Shown here: piece after piece, positions 1 through 8,637 of the stretch
Layout: each line of letters starts with the position of its first letter
Position numbering within the stretch: position 1 is the stretch's first letter
Virus record (IMG/VR): IMGVR_UViG_2785510761_000001
Length of the DNA: 64,000 bases
Reading direction: 5' to 3' (one strand)
Source: a virus
Made by a program: the position numbers and the translations under genes
Notes under the pieces: model-generated
Databases searched by the model: none
Told to the model about the DNA's origin: nothing
The model's input: only the letters and a program-made list of their open reading frames with translations

Positions 1-380
1 TAGCGAACCCTCGTGACGACTCGCGGTGATTCGGTTGTAAAGAGCGGCTCTGCTGAGGCCCAGAAGCGCAGCGAGCTCAGCGACACTTACACCTGGCTGC
101 GACGCTGTTGTTGCTTCGCCATTCCGGATCGATGCGGCAAGATGAGATTTTTGTTTCGAGGCCAGGTAACTAGGGTTAGAACGCCTTTCAAAGTGCTTTA
201 TGCGTGCCACCGTCTGGCCCGTCGCGGCAGCGATGCAAGCAAGGCTCGCGCCCTCGGCGAGTGCCTTCAGAACTGAATTGGAGATTTTGTTCTTCTGCTC
301 ATCCACAGATTGCTCAAGAGAGTCAAGCTCAACAAGTGAGCCGCCTATCGACTTAAAGTGTTCCTGGAGGTGTTCACTGG

Positions 381-692
381 TCACGGCTTCATTCCTTCGT
401 ATACGTCCTTGCATGCAGGGCAGACAGGGAACTTCTGCGGATCACGATTTGGAGCCCACAGTTTCCCGCACAGGGCTCGTACTGGCTCGCCGGTCATCGC
501 GGATTCGAGAATCTTGTCCTTGGGCACATAGTGAGAGAAGCGCTCCTGGTCGCCGTCTTCGATGAACGTCTCCTCGGTGGTCTCTTCCGTGCGCTCGAGG
601 AGTGCGGTGCCGCCAGATGACGGCCCGTCATCAACCTGGATTGCCGAGCAAGGGAGGTAAACCCGCTTAATGTCGTTGCGCGAATAGGTCAT
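381..692 (-). CDS. DUF3039 domain protein
   Basis: HYVPKDKILESAMTGEPVRALCGKLWAPNRDPQKFPVCPACK matches the typical DUF3039 pattern; RBS GGAGG; CTGCGCATT motif at 725-733. Confidence 0.85.
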   Translation of the reverse strand: MTYSRNDIKRVYLPCSAIQVDDGPSSGGTALLERTEETTEETFIEDGDQERFSHYVPKDKILESAMTGEPVRALCGKLWAPNRDPQKFPVCPACKDVYEGMKP

Positions 693-1061
693 GAATACTC
701 CTCCAGATTTGGCTTCTGAGAGTGAATGCGCAGTCCTTTCACGAGACCGGCAATACCAGGTTTGATGCTGTGCATATGCGCTCTGGCTTACGCGATACGC
801 GCCGGGGGAGTCCAGCGGCTTGTACTCGTCCGCCGGGTTCCAGCCCGAGAAATGGCGCAGAACATGCCCGCAGGGCGTGTGAATCGCCGACGCTTCCTGT
901 GTGCGCCTCGGGTCGGAAATCTGTACGCGGCGTGCAACTGGGGCCGTCCGCTGCGTGCCGGTTGGCAGGCTTGCTAGTCAGATTTCCAATGCGGGTGATG
1001 CGCCCCACGACGGGTTCTTTATGTCACGGGCTATTGTGTAGGGGCTCAGCGAGCGTGAGAG

Positions 1062-2030
1062 TTAGGAAGGCATGTTGAGCACATCGAGGCTGAGGAATTC
1101 GGTGAGCTCGTTGCCTTCGAGTTCATCTCTGTCCATCAGAAGCTCGGTGAGCTCGTCGATGAGGACCTCATGCTCTTTCACGACCGTGCGCGCTGCAGCG
1201 AGTGCTGCGTCGACGAGCTCAGCGAAGGAAACTGGCCCGGGCACCGCCGCGGGGTAGTCCCCTGAGGCAGCGATCTGGACGAGCTGGGCGAGGAACAAAG
1301 TGTCATCACTCTGCGCGCATCCGTTGTTGTATCCGGCAGGGGCCGCGCTCACCACGGCTTCGGCCCATCGCCATTCAGCTAACGGCATCTCCTCCCTCGG
1401 CTGCCACAACGTGCGCCCGCCCGATGCTCCCACCTGGCGGATCCCAACGTAAGTGACGGTGAAGCCAAGCGCAGCCGCGACCACTGCGTGCCTCGCCTCA
1501 TGCGCAGCACGCTCCCTCGGCACCGAGCCAAGGCGCGTCGGCGCCGCAAGAGTCGCGTCATAGGCAGCGCCAGCATTTCGCTCGATGCTGGCTGGGGGAA
1601 GACGCTCAAGACGCTCCAAGGCGGCCCGTGTTGAGGGGAACGTCACCAGAACGGCGATAGCACCTATCCCGTAAAGGACGGCCGTCTGAAGAACCTCAAC
1701 TTGGGCCGCGGTTGACCCGTCTGCATCGCGCCACGCGGAGATTAACTTCCACCCGGCAAAGCCCGCAATAAGGACTGTCGCGGCGACCTTAAAAAGCAGG
1801 TAGACCAGTTCGAGGGCTGCGAGCCCCACTATCCGCAAGACCGGGCGTACGGTTGCCCATCCGGCTCGAGCGCGGGTACTAAAGCTGTTCTGATTCTCCA
1901 TTAGAGGCTCCAATAGTTCTGGCAAGTAATCAGTCGAAGGCGGTGTCGCCAGATGACGGACTGTCATTGATCTCGATCTTCGTTGTGGGGAGGTTCCCTC
2001 GGCTGGTGCCGCTGGGCACAAAATGGTCAT
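1062..2030 (-). CDS. Membrane-anchored HExxH protein, peptidase M41/FtsH-protease-domain-like
   Basis: Two hydrophobic segments, then AAHEARHAVVA motif; ATGA overlap with the upstream gene. Confidence 0.55.
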   Translation of the reverse strand: MTILCPAAPAEGTSPQRRSRSMTVRHLATPPSTDYLPELLEPLMENQNSFSTRARAGWATVRPVLRIVGLAALELVYLLFKVAATVLIAGFAGWKLISAWRDADGSTAAQVEVLQTAVLYGIGAIAVLVTFPSTRAALERLERLPPASIERNAGAAYDATLAAPTRLGSVPRERAAHEARHAVVAAALGFTVTYVGIRQVGASGGRTLWQPREEMPLAEWRWAEAVVSAAPAGYNNGCAQSDDTLFLAQLVQIAASGDYPAAVPGPVSFAELVDAALAAARTVVKEHEVLIDELTELLMDRDELEGNELTEFLSLDVLNMPS

Positions 2031-2833
2031 GAGGCCTCCGGCGGGTTTGGGTGTTCAAAGTGAATGTGCAGCTCCTTCACGAGACGGGCGAGGCCAGGCT
2101 CGATGCTGCGAAGACGTGCCGCGGCCTGCGCGATCGGGTACTCCGAGGGCATGGGGCCTTCCTGAGCGTCGATGCGCTCCAACTCAGCAGCGAGCAGAAT
2201 GACGGCAGGCATGTACTTCGCCACCAGCTTCGCGACCATCTGATCGGGCACGTGCCCAAACTGGTGTTGCAGGCTGCCTGCGTTGTCTACAAGATCACTG
2301 GCTTTCACGAGCTTGGCTGTGTAACTCCCAGTCAAGATGATCTGTCTGATGTCATCGAGGTACGGCCCCAACGCGCGGGGCGCCCGGGTCACCGCCGCGA
2401 CAGCGAGCCCGACCGTACGCCCATAAGACTCGGAAATGAATTGCAGCGCGTGGTGCTGCAGCTGCTCTGGTGCGAGGTGACTCTGCGCCTCCTCGTTCAT
2501 CCCGCTCAGCTCCGCGAAACGCGAGGCGCAGTCTTCTGCGGTGTCGTGGAGCAGCGCGCTGGTCACGGTCTTTGGGCTGGGGTTTCCCCACCGCATGATA
2601 CGGATTGCCACGCGAAGGGGGTGCTCGATATACGGCACACGAGGCAGGTTTGAGCGCTGCCTGCGGGTCTGCCCACGATGCAGGTGGGTCGCCAGCTGGG
2701 CTGCGCTCGTCACCATCTCACGGCCGTCACGGTTGAAGCGCTGCACCTGTGACAGCAACTCGAAGCTGAGCTGGGCGCTGTCCATGTGCTTGAGCGGGAG
2801 AAGCGGAAAGTGGTTTCCGCTGTTCTTGTTCAT
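2027..2833 (-). CDS. HD-domain hydrolase, RelA/SpoT hydrolase (Mesh1/SAH)-like
   Basis: HRGQTRR..PYIEHPLRVA, ALLHDTAED, VKASDLVDN motifs; start moved to MNKNSG (ATGA overlap at 2830-2833). Confidence 0.75.
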   Translation of the reverse strand: MNKNSGNHFPLLPLKHMDSAQLSFELLSQVQRFNRDGREMVTSAAQLATHLHRGQTRRQRSNLPRVPYIEHPLRVAIRIMRWGNPSPKTVTSALLHDTAEDCASRFAELSGMNEEAQSHLAPEQLQHHALQFISESYGRTVGLAVAAVTRAPRALGPYLDDIRQIILTGSYTAKLVKASDLVDNAGSLQHQFGHVPDQMVAKLVAKYMPAVILLAAELERIDAQEGPMPSEYPIAQAAARLRSIEPGLARLVKELHIHFEHPNPPEAS

Positions 2834-3198
2834 GACCCGCTCCGCTCTGCTGCATCCTGATCTAGCACTGCGAGCACGACACTCACTCGCCGCATGATCC
2901 ACTCGCGCCCCTCCTGGTCGTACTCCTCGAACACAGGAGATGATGCGTCACTCGGCGCGAGCACCTGAAACAGATGCTCCGCGACGAGTGTTTGCCGCTG
3001 CTCGCTGCTGAGTGAAAGTGTTTGTGCTCGGAAGGCCTGGTCAACAATCTCCTCAACGTCCCCTTCAGCCTTGGCGCGCAGGTGCTCATCGAGGTCACCG
3101 GGAACGAGAGGGGCGAGGTGCGGGTGAAGCGCCTCGGCGTACGCGGAGAGCGCAAGCTCCCAGGATTCATCAGTGAATCTCCGTGCTGGTGATGACAT
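2830..3198 (-). CDS. Hypothetical protein
   Basis: 122-aa ORF, RBS AAGGA, CCGCGCATT motif at 3242-3250. Confidence 0.75.
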   Translation of the reverse strand: MSSPARRFTDESWELALSAYAEALHPHLAPLVPGDLDEHLRAKAEGDVEEIVDQAFRAQTLSLSSEQRQTLVAEHLFQVLAPSDASSPVFEEYDQEGREWIMRRVSVVLAVLDQDAAERSGS

Positions 3199-3292
3199 CG
3201 TGTTCAGTCCTTATGGGCCAGGGAGTGGGTGATGAATTCACAATGCGCGGTGCCGATGCAGGCTCTGATCACGCTGAGCGTATTCGTGCCAG

Positions 3293-3592
3293 TCAGAGCC
3301 ATCTGGACGGGATGAGTTCAGGGTCCGATGCCACCGAGACGAGCGTGGCCATCGACATTCGGTCGTCATGCTCAAGAGCTGGCGTTCCACGCTTAAGAGG
3401 TACTTTCAGCTGCAAGCCAAGTCCGACTACGAACTCTCGATTCGCCCCGCTTCGCGTCGTGAAAAGACCTCTGGCTTCGCTTGCTGCTTGCACGGTGATT
3501 ACTGTTCGCCACCAGGAGCGCTCTACTCCGGTTACGCGCAACGGTAGCCCTGTGCCCGTAGGCCGTGCCGGGCGGGTATTGAGTCTTGCCAT
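3293..3592 (-). CDS. Hypothetical protein (MARLNT...)
   Basis: TAATG overlap with the stop of the upstream methylase-like gene. Confidence 0.55.
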   Translation of the reverse strand: MARLNTRPARPTGTGLPLRVTGVERSWWRTVITVQAASEARGLFTTRSGANREFVVGLGLQLKVPLKRGTPALEHDDRMSMATLVSVASDPELIPSRWL

Positions 3593-4281
3593 TAGTCCGC
3601 GCCTTCCGTTCCATGCGTGAGAAGCTCGCTCCAGCGGCCGTTCACGTGCGCTGCTGTCAGCCACGGATCCCCGAACAGTTCGCCAGTCAGGGTGTCGGCG
3701 CGCTGTACGACGGCTGGTATGCCGAGAATGCTGAGCTGCACGTAAGTCATATGGACGGCGATTACGTCGATGTCGTGTGCGGTGACGTGCAGCTGCCGAG
3801 CAGTATCAAAACCCTGCTGGGCGAGGACGTTCGCGCCAGCGATGAGCAGTGCGCCGGCTCCGCATGCTGGGTCGAGCACCGTGATGAATGGCTGGCTGTC
3901 CAGCTTCTTCGTTGCATCGGACAAGGCGATGTTTGCGTTCAGCAGGCTGAGGTCGTATGGCGTGAACACTTGGCCGAGGTTCCCGTTTCCAGCGCCGAGA
4001 CTCATGTACAGGTCACCGAGTAGGTCTTGGTGCTGGTTGCCCTGGAAGCCCAAGGCGACTTCTCCGAGCGCTTCGGCGAACCGCGCCGCGCTTTCTGAGC
4101 CGTACCCGCTTATTACTTCGAGATACCGCTCCTCTCGCTCACCGATACGGCTCAGGTCTATCTGATTGCTCAGGGCGATAGCTGCCAGCTCAACAAAGTC
4201 GCGGAAGACATCGGATACGCGTTTCGCGCCGTTCTCAGTGTTCGCGAGCAGCAGCCTCTCAAGCGTGGTGTTCTTCTTCAC
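3592..4281 (-). CDS. Plasmid-type N-6 DNA methylase-like SAM-binding protein
   Basis: GQVFTP and DPACGAGALL SAM-binding motifs; no NPPY/DPPY seen; motif at 4305-4313. Confidence 0.75.
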   Translation of the reverse strand: MKKNTTLERLLLANTENGAKRVSDVFRDFVELAAIALSNQIDLSRIGEREERYLEVISGYGSESAARFAEALGEVALGFQGNQHQDLLGDLYMSLGAGNGNLGQVFTPYDLSLLNANIALSDATKKLDSQPFITVLDPACGAGALLIAGANVLAQQGFDTARQLHVTAHDIDVIAVHMTYVQLSILGIPAVVQRADTLTGELFGDPWLTAAHVNGRWSELLTHGTEGAD

Positions 4282-4316
4282 GGTTCCCTCCTCCTGAGGG
4301 ATCGAATGCGCGGGGG

Positions 4317-5330
4317 CTATTGCGTCCGCCGTCGCAGTTGAGCGATCAAGCCCATGCTGATCAGCAGGCCACCTGACCCGAATACGATCAGCGGGGCGAG
4401 GTCAGTGCCGGTGTTCGCGAGCAGAGTGCCTTCTGGCTGGCTGGAATCCTCGCTGACGGGTTTCTCCTCGGCCGGCTCAGGGTCAGCTTCGGGCTGAGTG
4501 GTCTCAGGGGTGACCTCCGGGGTCTCCGGTTCGACATTTGGTGTCTCAGGTTCTGGTGTTTCTGGGGTGACTTCGGGGTTCTCAGGCTCTGGTGCCTCAG
4601 GGTCAATCTCCGGTTCTGTTACACCCGGTTCTGTAGTCCCTGTTTCGCCGATGCACTCCACCAGGATGTCCTCGATGACCTGGCGCTCGTCGGAAGCCAT
4701 GGTCAGTCCGTACTTGTTCTTCACCGCGGTCTGTGCGGTCACGTATTCACAGTCGAACCCTGGATTTCCTGCTGAGCGCGGCAGCCATTCATGAGCGTTT
4801 CCGCACCCCTTAGAACCGTTTGAGGGACCATCGGCTGCGATGAGGTTGAGGGGATCATTTGCAAATATTGCGCGCATCTTCCGCGTCCAGTTCTGCGCGC
4901 CGGTCTTCCATGCATCGCAGAGGGCGATGATGTGGTCAATCTGCACGGCGTTCGAGTTGCCTGCGCCAGCTTCGGGGTAGTTGGTGTGCTGAAAATTGAT
5001 GAGCTGCCCGGTGTAAGGGTCGTCCAAGGTGCCCAGGCCCACTGTGCAGCCGTCTGCGCGTAACGTGATCTCCGTCATATCTCTGCGGAGGATGAGCTGT
5101 CTGGTGTCGCATCCGTCGCCAGCGCTGCGCCAGTGGGGGAACTCGGCTCGGGAGTATCCGTCGGATGTTGCTGGTGCCCCGACGACAATGTTGCTCAGCA
5201 TCTCTAGCGCTTGCTCATAACTGGGCAGGTCGGGAATGGAGGCCTGTGCTGGGGCTGCAATGGTGAGCGGTGCAAATGCGAGTGCCACAATTGCAGAGAT
5301 TTTGACGAGCAGATGGGTGAGAAGGCGCAA
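4317..5330 (-). CDS. Secreted HNH/DUF1524-type nuclease with P/E-rich linker and sortase anchor (LANTG)
   Basis: Signal peptide ending APAQA, QIDHIIAL..ANDPLNL..NGSKG, CEY, LANTG+TM+RRR; TTG start after AAAGGA RBS. Confidence 0.8.
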   Translation of the reverse strand: MRLLTHLLVKISAIVALAFAPLTIAAPAQASIPDLPSYEQALEMLSNIVVGAPATSDGYSRAEFPHWRSAGDGCDTRQLILRRDMTEITLRADGCTVGLGTLDDPYTGQLINFQHTNYPEAGAGNSNAVQIDHIIALCDAWKTGAQNWTRKMRAIFANDPLNLIAADGPSNGSKGCGNAHEWLPRSAGNPGFDCEYVTAQTAVKNKYGLTMASDERQVIEDILVECIGETGTTEPGVTEPEIDPEAPEPENPEVTPETPEPETPNVEPETPEVTPETTQPEADPEPAEEKPVSEDSSQPEGTLLANTGTDLAPLIVFGSGGLLISMGLIAQLRRRTQ

Positions 5331-5399
5331 CGGAGTCCTTTGAACTGGGCCGGGGTCACTACCTCTTACGAGCGGCTCAACATGCACTCCGCAAATATC

Positions 5400-5431
5400 T
5401 GTGGATAACTTGTGGATAACCCTGGGGATAA
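5400..5431. promoter_or_regulatory. Three tandem DnaA-box-like 9-mers
   Basis: TGTGGATAA at 5400 and 5411 (perfect reverse complement of TTATCCACA), TGGGGATAA at 5423. Confidence 0.55.
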
Positions 5432-5465
5432 GGTGTCATCCCCGGCCCGATTTTTGGGGAGCGAT

Positions 5466-5693
5466 TTACCAGTCGCCGCCGGTGTTCGGGATCCCGCGGA
5501 TGTCTTCCAACACCGCTTCCTGCCGTTCAATACCTGACGATGAGTCGAAACGGTCATCATCGGTGTGCACCACTACGAGACTGCCGCCCATTGATGCCAA
5601 TGTCAGACTTCTCGGCCACTTCCGGGCCAACCGCTGCAACGAGCGGATTGCGGTGGCTTCCGCCTGAGTGAGGCTGCCGTTTTCGTGGTTCAT
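5466..5693 (-). CDS. Hypothetical protein
   Basis: 75-aa ORF directly downstream of the nuclease gene. Confidence 0.6.
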   Translation of the reverse strand: MNHENGSLTQAEATAIRSLQRLARKWPRSLTLASMGGSLVVVHTDDDRFDSSSGIERQEAVLEDIRGIPNTGGDW

Positions 5694-5698
5694 TCTGT

Positions 5699-6472
5699 TC
5701 AGGCCGCCTTTCGGTACTGGCCTGTGGCGTAGTCGATCTCCCAGCCTTGGGCGGTATTCGACACAATGACACGCTCGTTGATCACTTGATCGCAGGACTG
5801 GATGTCCACGGTGACGGTGCGGGGGACGAGCTCTTCGCCGTCGTAGTTTGGTGTTGCTGCGTAGTACAGCGGGCAGCCGTTCGCCTGCTGGCTGCTCAGG
5901 TAGTCGCGCGCGATGACCTCAGTGTGTGCCATGCCGCCGGCGAACTCGCCGTGCAGTTGGGTTGAGCCGACGTTCTGGGTGCGGGTGCCGGTGACCAAGT
6001 TCTCCCGCGTCGCATCTCCGCCCAGGGAATCGGCGACCAGGTGGCTTCGGTTCCAGAACCAGCCCGAGTACGGCTTCGAGCCCTCGACAGTGGGGAGCGC
6101 ATCGATCTGCACTTCTGCATTGTCTCGCCAGCCGCTTGGGTCAACGGTGATTGACTGGCGACCAGCCTGCTGCGCTGACTGGCGGAGGTCGTACGTGAGT
6201 TCGCCGAATGCACACCCAGCGCGGCCGAGAGCGTCAAGCTCGCAGTAGTCCACCTGTCCGGCGACGGCTTCGTAGTCGCGCTGTGCCTCGCCGACGACTG
6301 TGAAGTAGTCGTCTGCCACGTCGATCGCGGGTGAAGGGGCAGTGATGCTCTCCGTTGCCGGAGTAGCGAATGCATCTTTCGCTGATGACATCCAGTCATC
6401 CGCGAAGTTCACGCCGACGATTGCGGCTGCCGCCAGGATAACGGCGATGACTGGAGTGCGCTTCTTGCTCAT
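5699..6472 (-). CDS. Secreted DNA/RNA non-specific endonuclease
   Basis: N-terminal hydrophobic signal, LDALGRAG, WNRSHLVADSLGG, NLVTGTRTQN, LYYAATPNY; leaderless after motif at 6481-6489. Confidence 0.85.
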   Translation of the reverse strand: MSKKRTPVIAVILAAAAIVGVNFADDWMSSAKDAFATPATESITAPSPAIDVADDYFTVVGEAQRDYEAVAGQVDYCELDALGRAGCAFGELTYDLRQSAQQAGRQSITVDPSGWRDNAEVQIDALPTVEGSKPYSGWFWNRSHLVADSLGGDATRENLVTGTRTQNVGSTQLHGEFAGGMAHTEVIARDYLSSQQANGCPLYYAATPNYDGEELVPRTVTVDIQSCDQVINERVIVSNTAQGWEIDYATGQYRKAA

Positions 6473-6506
6473 GACTGCCTAATGCGCGGTCGTTCGCCTC
6501 TCGTGA

Positions 6507-7703
6507 TTACGACCGCCTGCGCGCCTGCTCTCCAAGTTCCCGGTCGAGCAGCTCGCGCAGCCCACGCGTCTCGCGGATCTCTCCCAGGTCTTTCGACGCC
6601 TCAACGATCTCGTCGTGCGCCGCCTGCGCGTCGAGGCAGTACCCGCGGTCTGCGAGCATGCCGAGCTGCGGGAAGCGGTCTCGGGAGCGGCCATGCACCG
6701 CGAACGACGCTGCCTCTCGTGCGTCCTGCCGCAGACGGTCATCAAACGTGGTGGCTCCGCCCGCACCAGGGAAAAAGCCAGCGTTGATGTTCTTCCGGAT
6801 GTCCGTGTAGAAGTACGGGCTGCCATACGTGCCAGCGTCGGACTCGTTCACCCATTCGGTGAGCTTCGACTTCTCGTACAGCACATCACCAGCCATGGCT
6901 TCATTCACGTGGGTCTCTCCGCGCAGCTCGGCAGTGATGTCCATGCTGAGCACGTTGCCCTCGATGTGTGTGATGTCGGCGCCGTACCGCTCACTGATGG
7001 CGTCGCGAAGGTACAGCTCGCCGCGGTCGAACTGCTCTTGGGTGAGTCCGCCACCGGACACGGGATCTTCGACGAGTGAGGCGTACGCGTAGGCAGTGCC
7101 ACCAGCGGGGGAGCCGGAAACGCCAACTTCGTGCACCCTGAGGCTGTCAAAGCCGATCTCACGGCCGTCCCAGGTGAGGCTGCTCTCGTCCCCGTCGATA
7201 GGTTCGGCATCGATGTCCCACTGGTCGCTACGGATGTCAGCGAATGGGTCCTCAATCTCGACCCGCGTGTTCGGTGTGACCGTGGCTCCGGCCGAGTCGC
7301 CGATCGCCAGTGTGATGGAGCCGTCAGGGTTTCGGATCGTGCCAGTCACCTCGCCGGACACTCCGTTGATCTGTGCGGTGTCACCCACCTGCACGAACGC
7401 CGCTACCGTGTCCACAGTACCTCCGACACCGTTCACGGAGTACAGATTGGGCATTTCGCCCTGCAACTCCATGTCGCCATCACAGCTCAGGCACACCGGA
7501 GCTCCGACCTCATGCAGGTCAGTAGCCGGAACTGTTTCCTGGGTGCCGCAGCCACCACACGACCATGTAGTTGTTACTCCCGACGCGGTGTCAGATTGAG
7601 GGGGAGAGGTGCTGCTCCGGTCATGTGCCGCAAAACTTCCGCCGCTACCGCCTGCTGCTGTCTTCCCGAGGCCTTGATCCTGACGTCGCGTGATGTTGCT
7701 CAT
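6507..7703 (-). CDS. Hypothetical acidic protein with shared N-terminal tag and CxxC pair
   Basis: MSNITRRQDQGLGKTAAGGSGGSFAAHDR; CGGC...CLSC. Confidence 0.8.
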   Translation of the reverse strand: MSNITRRQDQGLGKTAAGGSGGSFAAHDRSSTSPPQSDTASGVTTTWSCGGCGTQETVPATDLHEVGAPVCLSCDGDMELQGEMPNLYSVNGVGGTVDTVAAFVQVGDTAQINGVSGEVTGTIRNPDGSITLAIGDSAGATVTPNTRVEIEDPFADIRSDQWDIDAEPIDGDESSLTWDGREIGFDSLRVHEVGVSGSPAGGTAYAYASLVEDPVSGGGLTQEQFDRGELYLRDAISERYGADITHIEGNVLSMDITAELRGETHVNEAMAGDVLYEKSKLTEWVNESDAGTYGSPYFYTDIRKNINAGFFPGAGGATTFDDRLRQDAREAASFAVHGRSRDRFPQLGMLADRGYCLDAQAAHDEIVEASKDLGEIRETRGLRELLDRELGEQARRRS

Positions 7704-7743
7704 GCACTCATTACGAGCGGCCGAGCTCGGGGGTTACATGCGC

Positions 7744-8637
7744 TCAGAGACCCAGGTGCCGATTCTGTCGCTCCAGCCACATCTGCCGCTCGTCGCTGCC
7801 CCATTCGCTCCACGCGAGAGGTCGCTTCACTCCGGACTCAGCGATTCTCCGCGTCATCTCGACGCGAGAGACGATCTCGCTCAGGTGACGGTCGGCTGTT
7901 GCGACATCCCCGCGGGACGTTGCTGACTCGAGGCCTTCCAAGCCCCATGCGACGAGACGGTTATCTTCGGCCTCTTCACGAAGCATCTGCAGGTTCACGT
8001 ACTGAAGGCGACCGCTGGCCCGCAGCGCATCGAGCGCGAGCTCTTCAGGGGCGCTGGCCGGCGTGACCAACACTTGGGGTTCGTCGTACTCCTGCTCTTC
8101 CGCGGCATAGATCGGGGTTCTGTTATCGACTGTGCGTTCGGGCATCGGCGGCCGGAACTCGTACCTGCCGGCGCAGCTATCACACATTGCCATGGTCTTC
8201 TGCTGGGGCACCCAGTACACCTTACGTCCGGTGCCGTCAGCGATCGCTTCGCTGCATCTCACGCACTTCCTGCGCTTATGGGCAGGAGCGCCACGATCCT
8301 CGAGCTGGGTGTGAAGACGGTCATGGTCGAACACCAGCTTGCAGATCTCGTCCGGCTCACCAGATGCTTTCCAGTAGGCCGCACTGGTTGTGGCCGCCCC
8401 AGGGATCGAACCCTTGGGGGATTCAAGCGCTTCGCGGTACCCAGGGATCACCTCAGCGAGGTGGAGGCGGGCAGCGTCCACCTGGGACGCGTCAGGGCTG
8501 CTGCTGGAATATCCGATGATCGTACGCTGCGCCGGCGGGGCACCGGCATCTCTGCTGTGAGCGGCGAAGCTGCCGGAACTTCCGCCGTTCGCCGTCGCGC
8601 CGAGGCCAAGGTTCTTGCGTCTCGTGTTGTTGCTCAT
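7744..8637 (-). CDS. Hypothetical protein with shared N-terminal tag and CxxC pair
   Basis: MSNNTRRKNLGLGATANGGSSGSFAAHSR; CVRC...CDSC. Confidence 0.8.
   Translation of the reverse strand: MSNNTRRKNLGLGATANGGSSGSFAAHSRDAGAPPAQRTIIGYSSSSPDASQVDAARLHLAEVIPGYREALESPKGSIPGAATTSAAYWKASGEPDEICKLVFDHDRLHTQLEDRGAPAHKRRKCVRCSEAIADGTGRKVYWVPQQKTMAMCDSCAGRYEFRPPMPERTVDNRTPIYAAEEQEYDEPQVLVTPASAPEELALDALRASGRLQYVNLQMLREEAEDNRLVAWGLEGLESATSRGDVATADRHLSEIVSRVEMTRRIAESGVKRPLAWSEWGSDERQMWLERQNRHLGL

Noticed and set aside
141-295. GAGATTTT(T)GTT occurring twice near the window start
   Set aside because: Two short copies with no context inside the window; cannot be separated from chance.
2051-2653. Many long antisense ORFs in the track (e.g. 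2051, 7131, 8074, 31404, 40869, 53679)
   Set aside because: They shadow well-supported genes on the other strand, as expected in high-GC DNA, and lack motifs or RBS.
4490-4630. Tandem-like DNA repeats in the HNH nuclease gene
   Set aside because: Explained by the PEVTPET/PEPET stalk of a sortase-anchored protein.
7620-7703. Shared tag as a Tat (twin-arginine) signal peptide
   Set aside because: RR is present but there is no hydrophobic h-region or AxA cleavage site, and one copy is C-terminal.
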